From the NCBI GenBank assembly GCA_040386675.1, contig JAZKEZ010000018.1, positions 4,799 to 68,798 on the forward strand: a DNA stretch of 64,000 bases, given 5' to 3'. The stretch is from Bacteroidota bacterium. GTDB taxonomy: Bacteria > Bacteroidota > Bacteroidia > Flavobacteriales_D > Luteibaculaceae. A program made the position numbers and the translations under genes. Shown piece by piece: positions 21,401 through 29,362 of this stretch. Numbering within the stretch: the stretch's first letter is position 1; each line of letters starts with the position of its first letter. Below the pieces are notes generated by a model. The model made no database searches and had not been told where the DNA came from. It saw only the letters and a program-made list of their open reading frames with translations.

Positions 21401-23295
21401 CTGCAAACTGCGGCAACCTGCTGTTCAAAGGATCATCTGAATGTGGTGACCAGGATAGTGACGGTATTTACGACCTGAACGATCTTGATGACGATAACGA
21501 CGGTATTCCTGATATCGCTGAGGCCAGAGGTGAAGCAGATGCTCACGGTGACCACGACGGAAACGGAATTCCTAACTACCGTGATGCCGGATACTGTGCA
21601 CTTGGAGCTAATCCTAAGCCAATGAACGGAAACGTTTGTTCGAAGTACGACAGCGACGGTGATGGAATCATCAACCAGTTCGATCTTGACTCTGACAACG
21701 ACGGAATCTCTGATATCTTCGAAGGATTCGATGCTACGAATGCAGTTACTTTCGAAAGCGGAACAATCGACGGTAAGATCAACGCATTTGTTGATGTGAA
21801 CAAAGACGGATGGCATGATCCTGCTGCGGTTACTTTTGGAACAATACCAACTTTTGCAGCATACGATGCCCGCCTGATAAGAACCGGTGGTGTGAGTGCA
21901 CTTCCTGATTTCCTGAATGAAGACAGTGACCGTGACTCGATCTCTGATCGTATCGAAGGTGGCGGATCTATCTTTGTTGCGCCTGTCAATACTGACGGAA
22001 CCGGAGGTGCTGACTTCCGCGACACCGATTCTGATAACGACGGTATCCTTGACATGTGGGAAGCTGGAATGGATGGAAACATCAACACAGTTCCGGATTC
22101 TGATAACGATGGAACACCTGACTTCCGTGATCTTGATTCTGATAACGACGGTATTTTTGACAGAACAGAGCACCGTGCTGTAAACCTACTGACAGGCGAA
22201 CCTGAAGACTTCGATAAAGACGGTAAGTTCAACTTCCAGGATGATGATTCGGATAACGATAACATCGCCGACGAAGATGAAGCAGGTCCGACTCCTAACA
22301 CACCTAGGGTAACCAGTAAACTTGCAAGTGCAAATCCTGACTACCTGAAGCTGGATAGCGATGACGACGGAATCTGCGACCTGTGGGAAGGACACAGAAC
22401 CATCAACGACAGAGGTCGTCCGGTAGATACTGACGGTGACGGACTTGCTGACTACATGGATACTGATGCTGATAACGACGGTATTCCTGATGGAGTTGAA
22501 GCTTCTGTACTTGGTAATCCAGGTGGATGCTTCGAGCCTTCTGATTCTGATGGCGACGGTATCTATGACTTCCGTGAAGAAGATTCTGATGACGATGGAC
22601 TGTTGGATAAGTACGAAGCGGGCGAAGACCTGTTGAATCCAGCTGAGTCTCTGCTTGATGATGATAACATCCGCAACTTCCAGGATAAGGATAGCGACGG
22701 TGACTGTATCCCTGATAAGTATGAAGTGGTTGGACCAGGTTATCCGAACGTGATAGATGGCGAAGCTTATGCATTCCTTGGTGATAAAGCTACTGCTCCT
22801 GATTACCTGAACCTTGATTCTGATGGCGACGGTATTCCTGACTCAGAAGAATCAGGAATCACGATCTGCGGATCTGATCAGGCTCCTACTGATACGGACA
22901 AAGATGGTTTCCCTGACTTCCGTGACCTTGATTCTGATAACGATGGCGTGAACGATCGTATCGAGAAAGACGGTGACTGCGACGGTGATGGAACACCTAA
23001 CTACAGAGATGCAGGCGACAACTGTGACATTACCACATTTGTACCTCAAGGTTTCTCTCCGAACAATGACGGAACCAACGATATGTTCGTAATTCCTGAT
23101 ATCAGCGAGTTCCCGAATGCATCACTTAAGATCTTCAACCGTTGGGGTGGATTGATCTTCGAATCGTCTAACTACACGAACAATTGGGACGGTAGGTACA
23201 ATGGTGAAGATGTTCCACAGGGAACTTACTTCTACCTGCTGGATCTGGGTATCGGTAAAGACGCTCAAAAAGGTTATATCTACATCAACAGGTAA
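15403..23295 (+). CDS. giant adhesin-like protein with a T9SS type B (gliding-motility-associated) C-terminal domain, 2,630 aa
   Basis: Signal peptide MRKFSVFSVLSLFCLFFSGSLLAQ and a CUB-like N-terminal domain (FTDDGGIANPY...GDTLYIYSNDG). About 18 tandem approx 90-aa repeats follow, each starting P..AG.D....C....YDL. About 22 thrombospondin type 3-like Ca-binding motifs (D.DSD.DGI.D) lie at nt 21440-23030. The final approx 85 aa (FVPQGFSPNNDGTNDMFVIP...FNRWGGLIF...WDGRYNG...PQGTYFY) match TIGR04131-type CTDs. Confidence 0.92.
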   Translation: MRKFSVFSVLSLFCLFFSGSLLAQGPYQLRDNNYQSVVLCGPTAESFTDDGGIANPYSANLNDSIRFVSSLGTGGVIEVTFNDFVLRTGDTLYIYSNDGAASRTLIATLFENERAKRGVPFRFYSRPNDGALTFVLVSDAGVPKGIGWNATVREASARSTVDLLSVMSPGGSFINDGDSVFKVCAVTTLQYNAIASAPSKDTSYRNNGDPTLYTYTYTPNQAAFTYTWISNDGNANVNTQTFSQSYGLGSVRYTLSVRTDNCIQYDTTFRVNVSPRPNFAGTSGDQVICEGTDVQITGNAMRAVGTNVNGSPGYTYSPNIDTSGWASLNGGGFSTLNVGNVVRVPAPNTLAGAYMYRFSARDNYGCSYDTTITVTVSAKRFAGADLAKTICGDQNGYNLNDAADPAKAPGGIWRDLDNTGFLTNATSGSFDAQNWIGTSPVQKTARFSYFLTPNPGCVADSSVITLTVFPVNFAGTSKLITVCNTETSVDLLGANGLNTNQTAGTFVIGPPIAYGTLTSNRFLNLTTGGSLTSPAGYVSGNGGAPYIWRYTVNNGVCPADQATLQILVNETGVPGGSDTIDLCTGGPIAMLFDSLKGTPDNNGTWTITAGGVLGGTDPNRTFDPAAQTQSGPFTATYTVRGRDGVSVCRDTTANILIRFQTSPRSGDSLPRPDVCTSAGTYDLFNTLAAGTYDNVGTWSFVSGSGSLSGTNNNIVDLNTIIPAGANTVSDTFRYTVSTTNTICNSASTTVAVRFTRKSNAGVSGSITVCENSPNFTLAPILGTPDASTVFTGGPTAAYTAAFPGTFTPAATGLAGNTYTITATDSANGPGCPPAVTTITISVNVKPEAGLDSDTAKACLTDMNYDLKTLLSSAVTSPDGFWTLKGATDPASNPTWLNPNGLVSIQASSVFPGCGKYQFDYHDTAFACAPDISTHSLTVRCLPDAGPDDSTYVCSSDPTFRISDFLGTTDTTGTFVDVNGSGGLTPLTYKGVFNPVNVATGRYEFQYLVDNKPCYPPDTARIFVYVSKRPSAGTSNDTLAACEDETAYDLYQLLGGTYQRKGKWVVAFNGAYDASINATVESDRKRFFGGADSNELNVVELLKVIESSSSPFFKNRPSSFPPFVRLRYIARDTTNFGPTPPLCPDSIVTAVLEISKKWPTPTPKVAVPTEICSAVCSYDLTNLLNNYDFYPYGPEDSIRWVSDKPINPSNISGSMIQPCLMDTGTYNFTLTIHTAGCDDITVPNVKLRIVPRPFAGPDTSVTLCISNGPVSLTDIRYAFPGVTKGGSFTAVTPADGLGTTTYTPGAGNDTAGTYVIRYTVASAVCGSTTASSLITLRIVNRPNNPGNKTITVCEGTTYQLKNAIPTADKSGRFRPISCTDAVVFDSDYETGVFKADSNIAGGLCIVEYCVPAGGCPKECLNITVNVTRRPRAGADKTDTICSTETAYSLATQGGDLNGSYGAQNGVFSGTFNATMVVAPTTVFIPYIVSAAGCASDTANITLFVEKAPRAGTNATRDFCSTTGKINLTDQLNGERDTANGYWTSISPIVALSGPHNEFLDISTLPAAPNNTYTLRYTVTGKKCPNDQSTLTLRVTRPANTGRDTTITLCKNSGEYDLKTALGSSFETGGSFFDAGGIPNTDVITPGNYPVGTTYFTYRKNAAPCPASSTKITVNISPVPNSGTDRTDTIFLCANGSTANFNTYLVGSTGGGVWRNAPSNGTFNITSAGILVLTSSEAGKKGTVIYVTSSPGCVNDTAYFNVSVNTPPAAQAAQDRTFCLNDTPIDLNSFYSVAAGNTLAYSITPQAGTNNQAAINGSALIGNTFYPGNAGNGTYIVTVTQSNQSCPSQTSNLTLRFVGPGTDTAIQACINAGPIDLVTLTRAQGIAGSWVATPTAPGLVVGNIFFPRAGVANTTYSVELNPSGSVPNCTAKARITIVDTISLTTPGVEYVHSGTFYQIRFTPQGGTAPYAVSGLTGTFSGTTFTSDPIACGAPFSVMVTSSANCGNLLFKGSSECGDQDSDGIYDLNDLDDDNDGIPDIAEARGEADAHGDHDGNGIPNYRDAGYCALGANPKPMNGNVCSKYDSDGDGIINQFDLDSDNDGISDIFEGFDATNAVTFESGTIDGKINAFVDVNKDGWHDPAAVTFGTIPTFAAYDARLIRTGGVSALPDFLNEDSDRDSISDRIEGGGSIFVAPVNTDGTGGADFRDTDSDNDGILDMWEAGMDGNINTVPDSDNDGTPDFRDLDSDNDGIFDRTEHRAVNLLTGEPEDFDKDGKFNFQDDDSDNDNIADEDEAGPTPNTPRVTSKLASANPDYLKLDSDDDGICDLWEGHRTINDRGRPVDTDGDGLADYMDTDADNDGIPDGVEASVLGNPGGCFEPSDSDGDGIYDFREEDSDDDGLLDKYEAGEDLLNPAESLLDDDNIRNFQDKDSDGDCIPDKYEVVGPGYPNVIDGEAYAFLGDKATAPDYLNLDSDGDGIPDSEESGITICGSDQAPTDTDKDGFPDFRDLDSDNDGVNDRIEKDGDCDGDGTPNYRDAGDNCDITTFVPQGFSPNNDGTNDMFVIPDISEFPNASLKIFNRWGGLIFESSNYTNNWDGRYNGEDVPQGTYFYLLDLGIGKDAQKGYIYINR

Positions 23296-23310
23296 TATTT
23301 GTTAAGCGTG

Positions 23311-24261
23311 ATGACTATGAAAATGAATGTTAAGAATATAATCACTCTTGGTCTTGGTGCGATAGCTCTTCTGGTTTCAGAAAGAGCTACCGCTCAACAA
23401 GATCCTTTGTTCACCCAGTATCTTCAGAACCCGCTGACCGTTAACCCGGCTTACGCAGGTAGCACTGATGCACTTACTGTGGTGGCTCTCTCAAGGATCC
23501 AGTGGACAGGAATACCAGGAGCTCCGCGTACGAATAACCTGTCTATTCACTCTCCTATCCAGGACAGGAATATCGGTGTAGGTCTGAACGTGATCAATGA
23601 TAACGTTGGACCTGTTAGCCAGACCGGTTTCTTCGGCGATGTGTCTTACAAACTGCAGATCGGGACCAACTCAACACTTAGACTTGGTCTTCGTGCAGGT
23701 GGTGCCGTATTCGCTGCTAAACTAGGGACCCTTCAGCTGAACGATCAGAGTGATATCGCTTTCTCTCAGAATATTGGCGGTAAATTCCTTCCGAACGTCG
23801 GGTTTGGTGCTTATTTCAGCACTAACAAGATATTTGTTGGTTTCTCTGCTCCTCGTTTGCTTGCGAATGAAGTGTCATTCGATAACAATGTGGTAACCGA
23901 ACGCGCATACCGCGAATCCCGTCACGTATTCCTTACGGCGGGTGGATTGTTTAAAGTTTCTCCTTCGGTGAACTTTAAGCCGTCTCTTGGTCTGCGTTAT
24001 GTTGGTGGTGCCCCGGTATCTGTCGACGTACAAACCAACTTCCAGTTCTCTGAAAAGTTCTGGTTAGGTGCAATGTACCGTTTCCAGGATGCTGTTGGTG
24101 GTATCTTCCAGCTACAGGTTAACGATCAGTTCCGTTTCGGATATTCGTACGACTTTAATACTTCTGCCCTCAGAAAGTACAATGGCGGAACACACGAGAT
24201 CATGCTTACCTATGATTTCATTTATCGCAGAGCAAATATTAAATCACCCCGATACTTTTAA
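23311..24261 (+). CDS. PorP/SprF family type IX secretion system membrane protein
   Basis: Hallmark N-terminus AQQDPLFTQYLQNPLTVNPAYAGS after a signal peptide. It begins within 30 nt of the type B cargo stop. The start could be ATG 23311, 23317 or 23323. Confidence 0.9.
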   Translation: MTMKMNVKNIITLGLGAIALLVSERATAQQDPLFTQYLQNPLTVNPAYAGSTDALTVVALSRIQWTGIPGAPRTNNLSIHSPIQDRNIGVGLNVINDNVGPVSQTGFFGDVSYKLQIGTNSTLRLGLRAGGAVFAAKLGTLQLNDQSDIAFSQNIGGKFLPNVGFGAYFSTNKIFVGFSAPRLLANEVSFDNNVVTERAYRESRHVFLTAGGLFKVSPSVNFKPSLGLRYVGGAPVSVDVQTNFQFSEKFWLGAMYRFQDAVGGIFQLQVNDQFRFGYSYDFNTSALRKYNGGTHEIMLTYDFIYRRANIKSPRYF

Positions 24262-24267
24262 TTTTTT

Positions 24268-26463
24268 ATGACAATGCGCAATTGGAAGAAGTATTCCGTT
24301 TTAGCTGTCTTTTTAGTTTCGACTACCCTATCGTCTTTTGCACAGTTAGGACTTGTTGACAGAGCTGATGATTATTACAGATCGCTGGCTTACTCAAAGG
24401 CTATCGAACTGTATATGCAGGCAGTACGCAAAGGTGAGGTGAACGACAAGGTCATTCACAATCTTGCCAATGCTTATCGCGAGATCGGCGATACTAAGAA
24501 TGCAGAGGTTTGGTATGCCCAGGCGGTTCAATTGCGTTCTCGCAAGCCGATCGAAGTGTATTACTACGCCCAGGCTCTTAAGTCGAACGAAAAGTATCCT
24601 GAAGCAAACAACTGGATGCGTCTGTACAATGAAATGGTACCAGAAGATACCCGCGGTGTAATGCACGTTACAGCCGGTGATTATGTTACCAAAAACAGTC
24701 CTGTAGTTCAGGCTTACAAAGTTTCTCCACTTACCATCAACACCCCGGGTTCTGATTTCGGTGCCACATTCTTCATGAATGAGTCACTCGTTTTCGCATC
24801 TACAGATGACCGTAACCCAGCAGTGAAACGTGAGTACAGCTGGAGAGGTCAGCCTTACCTTGACCTGTTCATTGCCGACCGCGTTGCAGGTGGTGGTGTT
24901 ACCACTCCTCAAAGCTTCTCCAAAGCGCTGAATACAAAATTCCACGAAGGTCCGCTTAGCTTTACCAAAGACGGTCTGCAGGTGTACTTTACCAGTAACA
25001 ACTACAGCTACCGTAAAGGCAAGGCTAAGAAGAGCAAAACCGGTGTGACCAACCTGAAAGTTTACCGCGCAACCCTTGCTGGTAATGATTTCGTTAACAT
25101 CGAAGAGCTTCCGTTCAACAGCGACGAGTTCTCAGTATGCAGTCCTTCTCTTTCAAAAGACGGTACCCGCCTGTACTTCTCATCTGATATGCCAGGTGGA
25201 TACGGTGGATACGATCTTTACATGGTTGAGATCGACAAAGGTTTCTTCGGTCGCCCGCAGAACCTTGGTCAGGACATCAACACTGAGGGTAACGAAAACT
25301 ATCCGTTCATCCACGAGTCTAACACCCTGTATTTTGCTTCTGATGGTTATACCGGACTTGGCGGATACGATGTGTACAGTGCAAAACTTCGCAAAGGTCT
25401 TTTCAAAGAAAAAACCAACCTTGGTAAGCCTGTAAACTCTCCAAAAGATGATTTCTGCTTCATTATCGATTCGGCAATGACCAGCGGATACTTCTCATCT
25501 AACCGCGACGGTGGTACAGGAGAAGATGATATCTACGCCTTCCTTTACGAAATGCCTTCTGAAGTATACAGCCTTACCGGTAACGTATACGACGAAAATG
25601 AGTTCTCTGTTCGTGATGTAGTGGTATTCATTAAAGATGAAACTACCGGAACAACACTTGGTAAAGCAGTTACAGACCGCGACGGTTTCTTCAGCTTCAA
25701 CGTAAGCAGATACGGAAAATACAAAGTGGTAACCCAAAGTGCCCAGTACCTTCCGTCTACTACCGATGTTCCTATCGTTCCTTCTGGCGACGTAAAATCG
25801 TTGAAGATCAACCTGGAAAGAGGTATTTACTCTGTATTCGGAACTGTAAGAGACAGCGAGACCAACTTCCCGCTCAGCGATTCTAAGATCACGATCGTGA
25901 AAGTGAGCTCTATGGGCGAGCAGACCTACTCAACCCGTCCTGACGGTAAATTTGAGTTCCAGCTTGAGCCAAACAGCACGTACCGCTTCATTGCGTCACG
26001 TAACGGTTACCTGAACAATGTGACCAGCTTCTCTACCATCAGCCGTGAGTCTGGTAACCCGATCGATCTTTCTGACCTGGTACTTACCAAACTGAAAAGC
26101 GGACTGGTATTCGAAGTGCCTAAGGTATACTGGGATTTCAACCGTTGGGACCTGCGTCCGGAATCTACTGAATCACTGCTTCAGATCTATGATTTCCTTG
26201 CAGCAAACCCTAACGTAGACATCGAACTTAGCTCGCACACTGATAGCCGTGGTACTGCAGAAGAAAACATGGAGCTTTCAAGAAAGCGTGCCGATGCAAC
26301 CATGAAATTCCTCCTTCAGCGTGGAGTTTCTCCAAGCCGCGTTAGTGCAAGAGGTTACGGTGAATCACAGATCCGTAACGGTTGCTACGACAGCGTAGAT
26401 TGTACTGAAGAACAACACCAGTACAACCGCAGAACGGAAGTGAAGATCATTGCGATCCGTTAA
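24268..26463 (+). CDS. OmpA family protein with N-terminal TPR-like region, TolB-like beta-propeller repeats and carboxypeptidase-regulatory-like segments
   Basis: Signal peptide. TPR-like helices (YYRSLAYSKAIELY, NLANAYREIGDTKNAEVWY). Repeated FxSD..GG.G..D.Y motifs. C-terminal OmpA domain (ELSSHTDSRGTAEENMELSRKRA...RGYGES). Confidence 0.9.
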   Translation: MTMRNWKKYSVLAVFLVSTTLSSFAQLGLVDRADDYYRSLAYSKAIELYMQAVRKGEVNDKVIHNLANAYREIGDTKNAEVWYAQAVQLRSRKPIEVYYYAQALKSNEKYPEANNWMRLYNEMVPEDTRGVMHVTAGDYVTKNSPVVQAYKVSPLTINTPGSDFGATFFMNESLVFASTDDRNPAVKREYSWRGQPYLDLFIADRVAGGGVTTPQSFSKALNTKFHEGPLSFTKDGLQVYFTSNNYSYRKGKAKKSKTGVTNLKVYRATLAGNDFVNIEELPFNSDEFSVCSPSLSKDGTRLYFSSDMPGGYGGYDLYMVEIDKGFFGRPQNLGQDINTEGNENYPFIHESNTLYFASDGYTGLGGYDVYSAKLRKGLFKEKTNLGKPVNSPKDDFCFIIDSAMTSGYFSSNRDGGTGEDDIYAFLYEMPSEVYSLTGNVYDENEFSVRDVVVFIKDETTGTTLGKAVTDRDGFFSFNVSRYGKYKVVTQSAQYLPSTTDVPIVPSGDVKSLKINLERGIYSVFGTVRDSETNFPLSDSKITIVKVSSMGEQTYSTRPDGKFEFQLEPNSTYRFIASRNGYLNNVTSFSTISRESGNPIDLSDLVLTKLKSGLVFEVPKVYWDFNRWDLRPESTESLLQIYDFLAANPNVDIELSSHTDSRGTAEENMELSRKRADATMKFLLQRGVSPSRVSARGYGESQIRNGCYDSVDCTEEQHQYNRRTEVKIIAIR

Positions 26464-26485
26464 TTTTTAGAACATATCCAATTTA

Positions 26486-26517
26486 AAAAGGGCTTCCTGA
26501 TTCAGGAGGCCCTTTTT
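26486..26517 (+). terminator. terminator GGGCTTCCTGA/TCAGGAGGCCC flanked by an A-run and a T-run
   Basis: A 10-bp stem including one G-U pair, followed by TTTTTATTT. It lies about 25 nt after the OmpA-family stop. Confidence 0.8.
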
Positions 26518-26530
26518 ATTTATTGGTAAT

Positions 26531-26678
26531 TTCAAGTTCCAAGTTTCAAATTGATCTGCTTATGAAGGTATCTCCGTGCCCTCCGTGACAATCTCTGCGC
26601 CTCTGTGGTTCCAATTATTAACCACAGAGGCGCAGAGGTGGGCGCGGAGGGCACCGGGACCTATACTTGAAACTTGTA
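26531..26678. repeat. three-tier stuttered-word palindrome between convergent genes
   Basis: The inner stem is a perfect 18 bp: CTCTGCGCCTCTGTGGTT (26593-26610) against AACCACAGAGGCGCAGAG (26620-26637). The middle tier is CCGTGCCCTCCGTG against CGCGGAGGGCACCGG. The outer tier is CAAGTTTCAA against TTGAAACTTG. Confidence 0.85.
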
Positions 26679-26679
26679 A

Positions 26680-27195
26680 TTAAACCTTTTCCTTCGGCTT
26701 CTTATAAATCGGCACCGTAGAACACGGCTCACCATACATCAGGCTCTTTACGACCGGCTGAAGCCTGCTTACGAGGTTCATGTACACCGACGGATGAACT
26801 TCAACCGAAGCACAGCCTTTAACCACTACTCTTTGGTCGGTATAAGCACCGAGCTCCAACTGCGAGATCTGATCCAGCAGGATCGCGTTCAGCAAATCAG
26901 CTTTCGATCCCCAGACCACCTTTTTACAATAGGGCGAAAACTTGCTCGATATTAACGCATAAAGCCATTGCGGAAGGATGACGTCTTCTGAGCAGTGAAC
27001 ATTCAAAAAACTACCTTCAAAATCGCTGTAATCGGTGTTGGCGAAGAAGTCTTTCAAATCCTGCTCGCGTAAAATAAGTCCCTGCCAAAGAATGCTCTTC
27101 AGATCTATTTCTTTGAATGGCCCTTCCGGCAACCAGTCTTCAAGATCCACGGTAAGTAATCCGCTGGAAGCCACACGGTTGATGATTTCTGACAT
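26680..27195 (-). CDS. DUF2480 family protein
   Basis: 171 aa. The N-terminus MSEIINRVASSGLLTVDLEDWLPEG resembles DUF2480 proteins, which are commonly found next to Bacteroidota suf operons (from memory, not searched). Confidence 0.75.
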   Translation of the reverse strand: MSEIINRVASSGLLTVDLEDWLPEGPFKEIDLKSILWQGLILREQDLKDFFANTDYSDFEGSFLNVHCSEDVILPQWLYALISSKFSPYCKKVVWGSKADLLNAILLDQISQLELGAYTDQRVVVKGCASVEVHPSVYMNLVSRLQPVVKSLMYGEPCSTVPIYKKPKEKV

Positions 27196-27212
27196 GATAG
27201 TAAGTTGAAGTT

Positions 27213-27318
27213 CGTGGTCAAACGGTTGTCACACAGTAGTCATTCGTTGTCACGCAGTTGTCACTCGTAGCCCAACAATTGTATGACCACGTGACTATTG
27301 CATGATCATCGAATGACC
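27213..27318. repeat. TTGTCA-word palindromic element, homologous to 59355-59531
   Basis: The left arm contains GTGGTCAAACGGTTGTCAC, TAGTCAT, GTTGTCAC and CAGTTGTCAC. The right arm contains ATGACC, GTGAC, ATGATC and ATGACC. It shares the 12-mer GTCAAACGGTTG (27217-27228 and 59363-59374) and CAGTTGTCA with the second copy. Confidence 0.7.
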
Positions 27319-27354
27319 AAAAAAAGGGCCGGAATCCTTGTTAAAGATCGGCCC
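27319..27354 (-). terminator. minus-strand terminator after the suf operon
   Basis: On the minus strand: GGGCCG...CGGCCC stem followed by T7 (the A7 at 27319-27325 on the + strand), 10 nt after the DUF59 gene stop. Confidence 0.7.
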
Positions 27355-27363
27355 ACTAAATTA

Positions 27364-27675
27364 TTAAAGAAACCCCAGCTCAAGCTGCGCCTCTTCACTC
27401 ATCATCGATTTTTCCCATGGCGGATCGAACGTGAGCGTAACGGTTGCTCCCGAAACTTCTTCCACTTCTTCGACCTTGGCACGAACTTCACCGGGAAGGG
27501 ATTCGGCTACCGGGCACGATGGCGAGGTAAGTGTCATGGTTACTTCAGTCGCGCCGTTGTCTTCTACCACGATACCATAGATCAGTCCAAGCTCGTAAAT
27601 GTCGACCGGGATCTCCGGGTCGTACACCGTCTTCAGTTTGGCTATGATATCATCTTCTATCTTCTTCTTGTCCAT
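27364..27675 (-). CDS. SUF system Fe-S assembly protein, DUF59 (SufT/PaaD-like)
   Basis: 103 aa with VYDPEIPVDIYELGLIY and TLTSPSCPVAE motifs typical of DUF59. Confidence 0.9.
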   Translation of the reverse strand: MDKKKIEDDIIAKLKTVYDPEIPVDIYELGLIYGIVVEDNGATEVTMTLTSPSCPVAESLPGEVRAKVEEVEEVSGATVTLTFDPPWEKSMMSEEAQLELGFL

Positions 27676-27693
27676 TGCGGTGGAGTTTATCGC

Positions 27694-28107
27694 TTATTGA
27701 TAAGCCAATGCGTATAATTTCATCTGTTTCATCATCGACACCAGGCCGTTGGAACGGGTCGGCGACAAATGTTCCTTTAAGCCGATCTGATCAACAAATG
27801 CCAATGGATCGTTGATGATAGTCTGGGGCGTCTCGTTGCTCAGTACATTGATCAGCAGGGCAACGATACCACGGGTGATGATAGCGTCGCTGTCGGCGGT
27901 AAAAACAACCTTGCCGTCAACTTTGTCAGCCCTCAGCCAAACCTGGCTCTGGCAACCTTTGATCAGGTATTCTTCGGTCTTGTACTGCGGATCGATCACC
28001 GGCAGGTCTTTACCAAGGTCGATCAGGTACTCGTATTTTTCGGTCCAGTCGGAGAACATGGAGAACTCTTCAACAAGTTCGGCCTGTTTTTTTGCGATGG
28101 TGCTCAT
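27694..28107 (-). CDS. sufE: SufE family sulfur acceptor
   Basis: 137 aa. Conserved [11 protein letters not shown] cysteine loop. 4-nt overlap with the sufS stop. Confidence 0.9.
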   Translation of the reverse strand: MSTIAKKQAELVEEFSMFSDWTEKYEYLIDLGKDLPVIDPQYKTEEYLIKGCQSQVWLRADKVDGKVVFTADSDAIITRGIVALLINVLSNETPQTIINDPLAFVDQIGLKEHLSPTRSNGLVSMMKQMKLYALAYQ

Positions 28108-29333
28108 GATAGCATGGTTACGGCTTTGGTAACCGACGAAACCAGCCGGTCAACATCATCCTTCGTATTGTAAAACGCAAAACTGGCCCTTGCAGTTCCG
28201 GGAATACAGAACTGGTCCATAATAGGTTGTGCGCAGTGGTGGCCCGTACGGATCGCAACGCCCATTTTATCTACCAGAACGCCTATGTCGTAAGGATGTA
28301 TCCCTTCAACAATAAATGAGATGACAGAGGCTTTGTTTTCTGCGGTTCCAATGATCTTTAGTCCGGGTATGGCCAGTAGTTTTTCCGTAGCGTATTCCAG
28401 CAGCTCATGTTCCCAGGCACCGATGGTTTCGATCCCGATGCTGTTGATGTACTTAATGGCTTCGCCGAGGCCGATCACACCGGCAATATCAGGTGTTCCT
28501 GCTTCGAACTTATGAGGTAACTCGTTGTAAGTGGTTTTCTCAAAACTTACGGTCTTGATCATTTCCCCACCGCCGTGATAAGGAGGCATGGCATTCAGCC
28601 ATTTTTCCTTGCCGTACAAAACGCCGATCCCGGTTGGACCGAATACTTTGTGACCGGAAAAGCAGTAGAAATCAGCATCCAGGTCCTGCACATCAATGCG
28701 CAGGTGTGGAGCTGCCTGGGCGCCGTCTACCATCACAGGTATATTCTTTTCGTGCGCCTTGCGGATCATTTCCTTTACAGGGTTGATGGTCCCGAGAGCG
28801 TTGGAAATGTGTACCACAGAAACCAGCTTTACCTTGTCGGTAAGCAGCTTCTCGTATTCCGATTGGATCAGCTCACCCTTTTCGTTGTATGGGATCACCT
28901 TAAGCGTCGCGCCACGATCTTCGCAGGCCAGTTGCCACGGAACGATGTTGCTGTGGTGTTCCATCGCCGAGATCAGGATCTCATCACCAGGTTTCAGGAA
29001 GGCTTTGCAGAATGAATAAGCAACGAGGTTAATGGCTTCGGTGGTTCCACGGGTGAAGATCACTTCGTGGAGATGGGGTGCATTCATGAACCCGCGAACC
29101 AATTCACGCGCAGCTTCAAACTTATCGGTGGCCAGCTGGCTCAGGAAGTGGACCCCGCGGTGAACGTTGGCATTTTCGAGTTCGTAGTACCCTGAGATCG
29201 CATCAATGACCTGCTTCGGCTTTTGAGCCGTTGCACCATTATCCAGATACACCAGCGGTTTCCCGTTCACCTCGCGGCTCAACAGCGGGAAGTCTTTGCG
29301 GATCTGTTCTATATCAGGTTTTGTACTTGTCAT
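28104..29333 (-). CDS. sufS: cysteine desulfurase, SufS subfamily
   Basis: PLP lysine in [17 protein letters not shown], active-site RTGHHCAQP, 409 aa. Confidence 0.95.
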   Translation of the reverse strand: MTSTKPDIEQIRKDFPLLSREVNGKPLVYLDNGATAQKPKQVIDAISGYYELENANVHRGVHFLSQLATDKFEAARELVRGFMNAPHLHEVIFTRGTTEAINLVAYSFCKAFLKPGDEILISAMEHHSNIVPWQLACEDRGATLKVIPYNEKGELIQSEYEKLLTDKVKLVSVVHISNALGTINPVKEMIRKAHEKNIPVMVDGAQAAPHLRIDVQDLDADFYCFSGHKVFGPTGIGVLYGKEKWLNAMPPYHGGGEMIKTVSFEKTTYNELPHKFEAGTPDIAGVIGLGEAIKYINSIGIETIGAWEHELLEYATEKLLAIPGLKIIGTAENKASVISFIVEGIHPYDIGVLVDKMGVAIRTGHHCAQPIMDQFCIPGTARASFAFYNTKDDVDRLVSSVTKAVTMLS

Positions 29334-29362
29334 CTCAAACGAATTAGCACCGCTGGCGGCAG

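Noticed and set aside
21433-22301. Two overlapping minus-strand ORFs (246 and 241 aa) inside the giant type B gene.
   Set aside because: They lie in the GAT/GAC-rich TSP3 repeat array. Repetitive Asp codons leave the opposite strand stop-free (ITV/SES-type low complexity). The sense frame is continuous for 2,630 aa.
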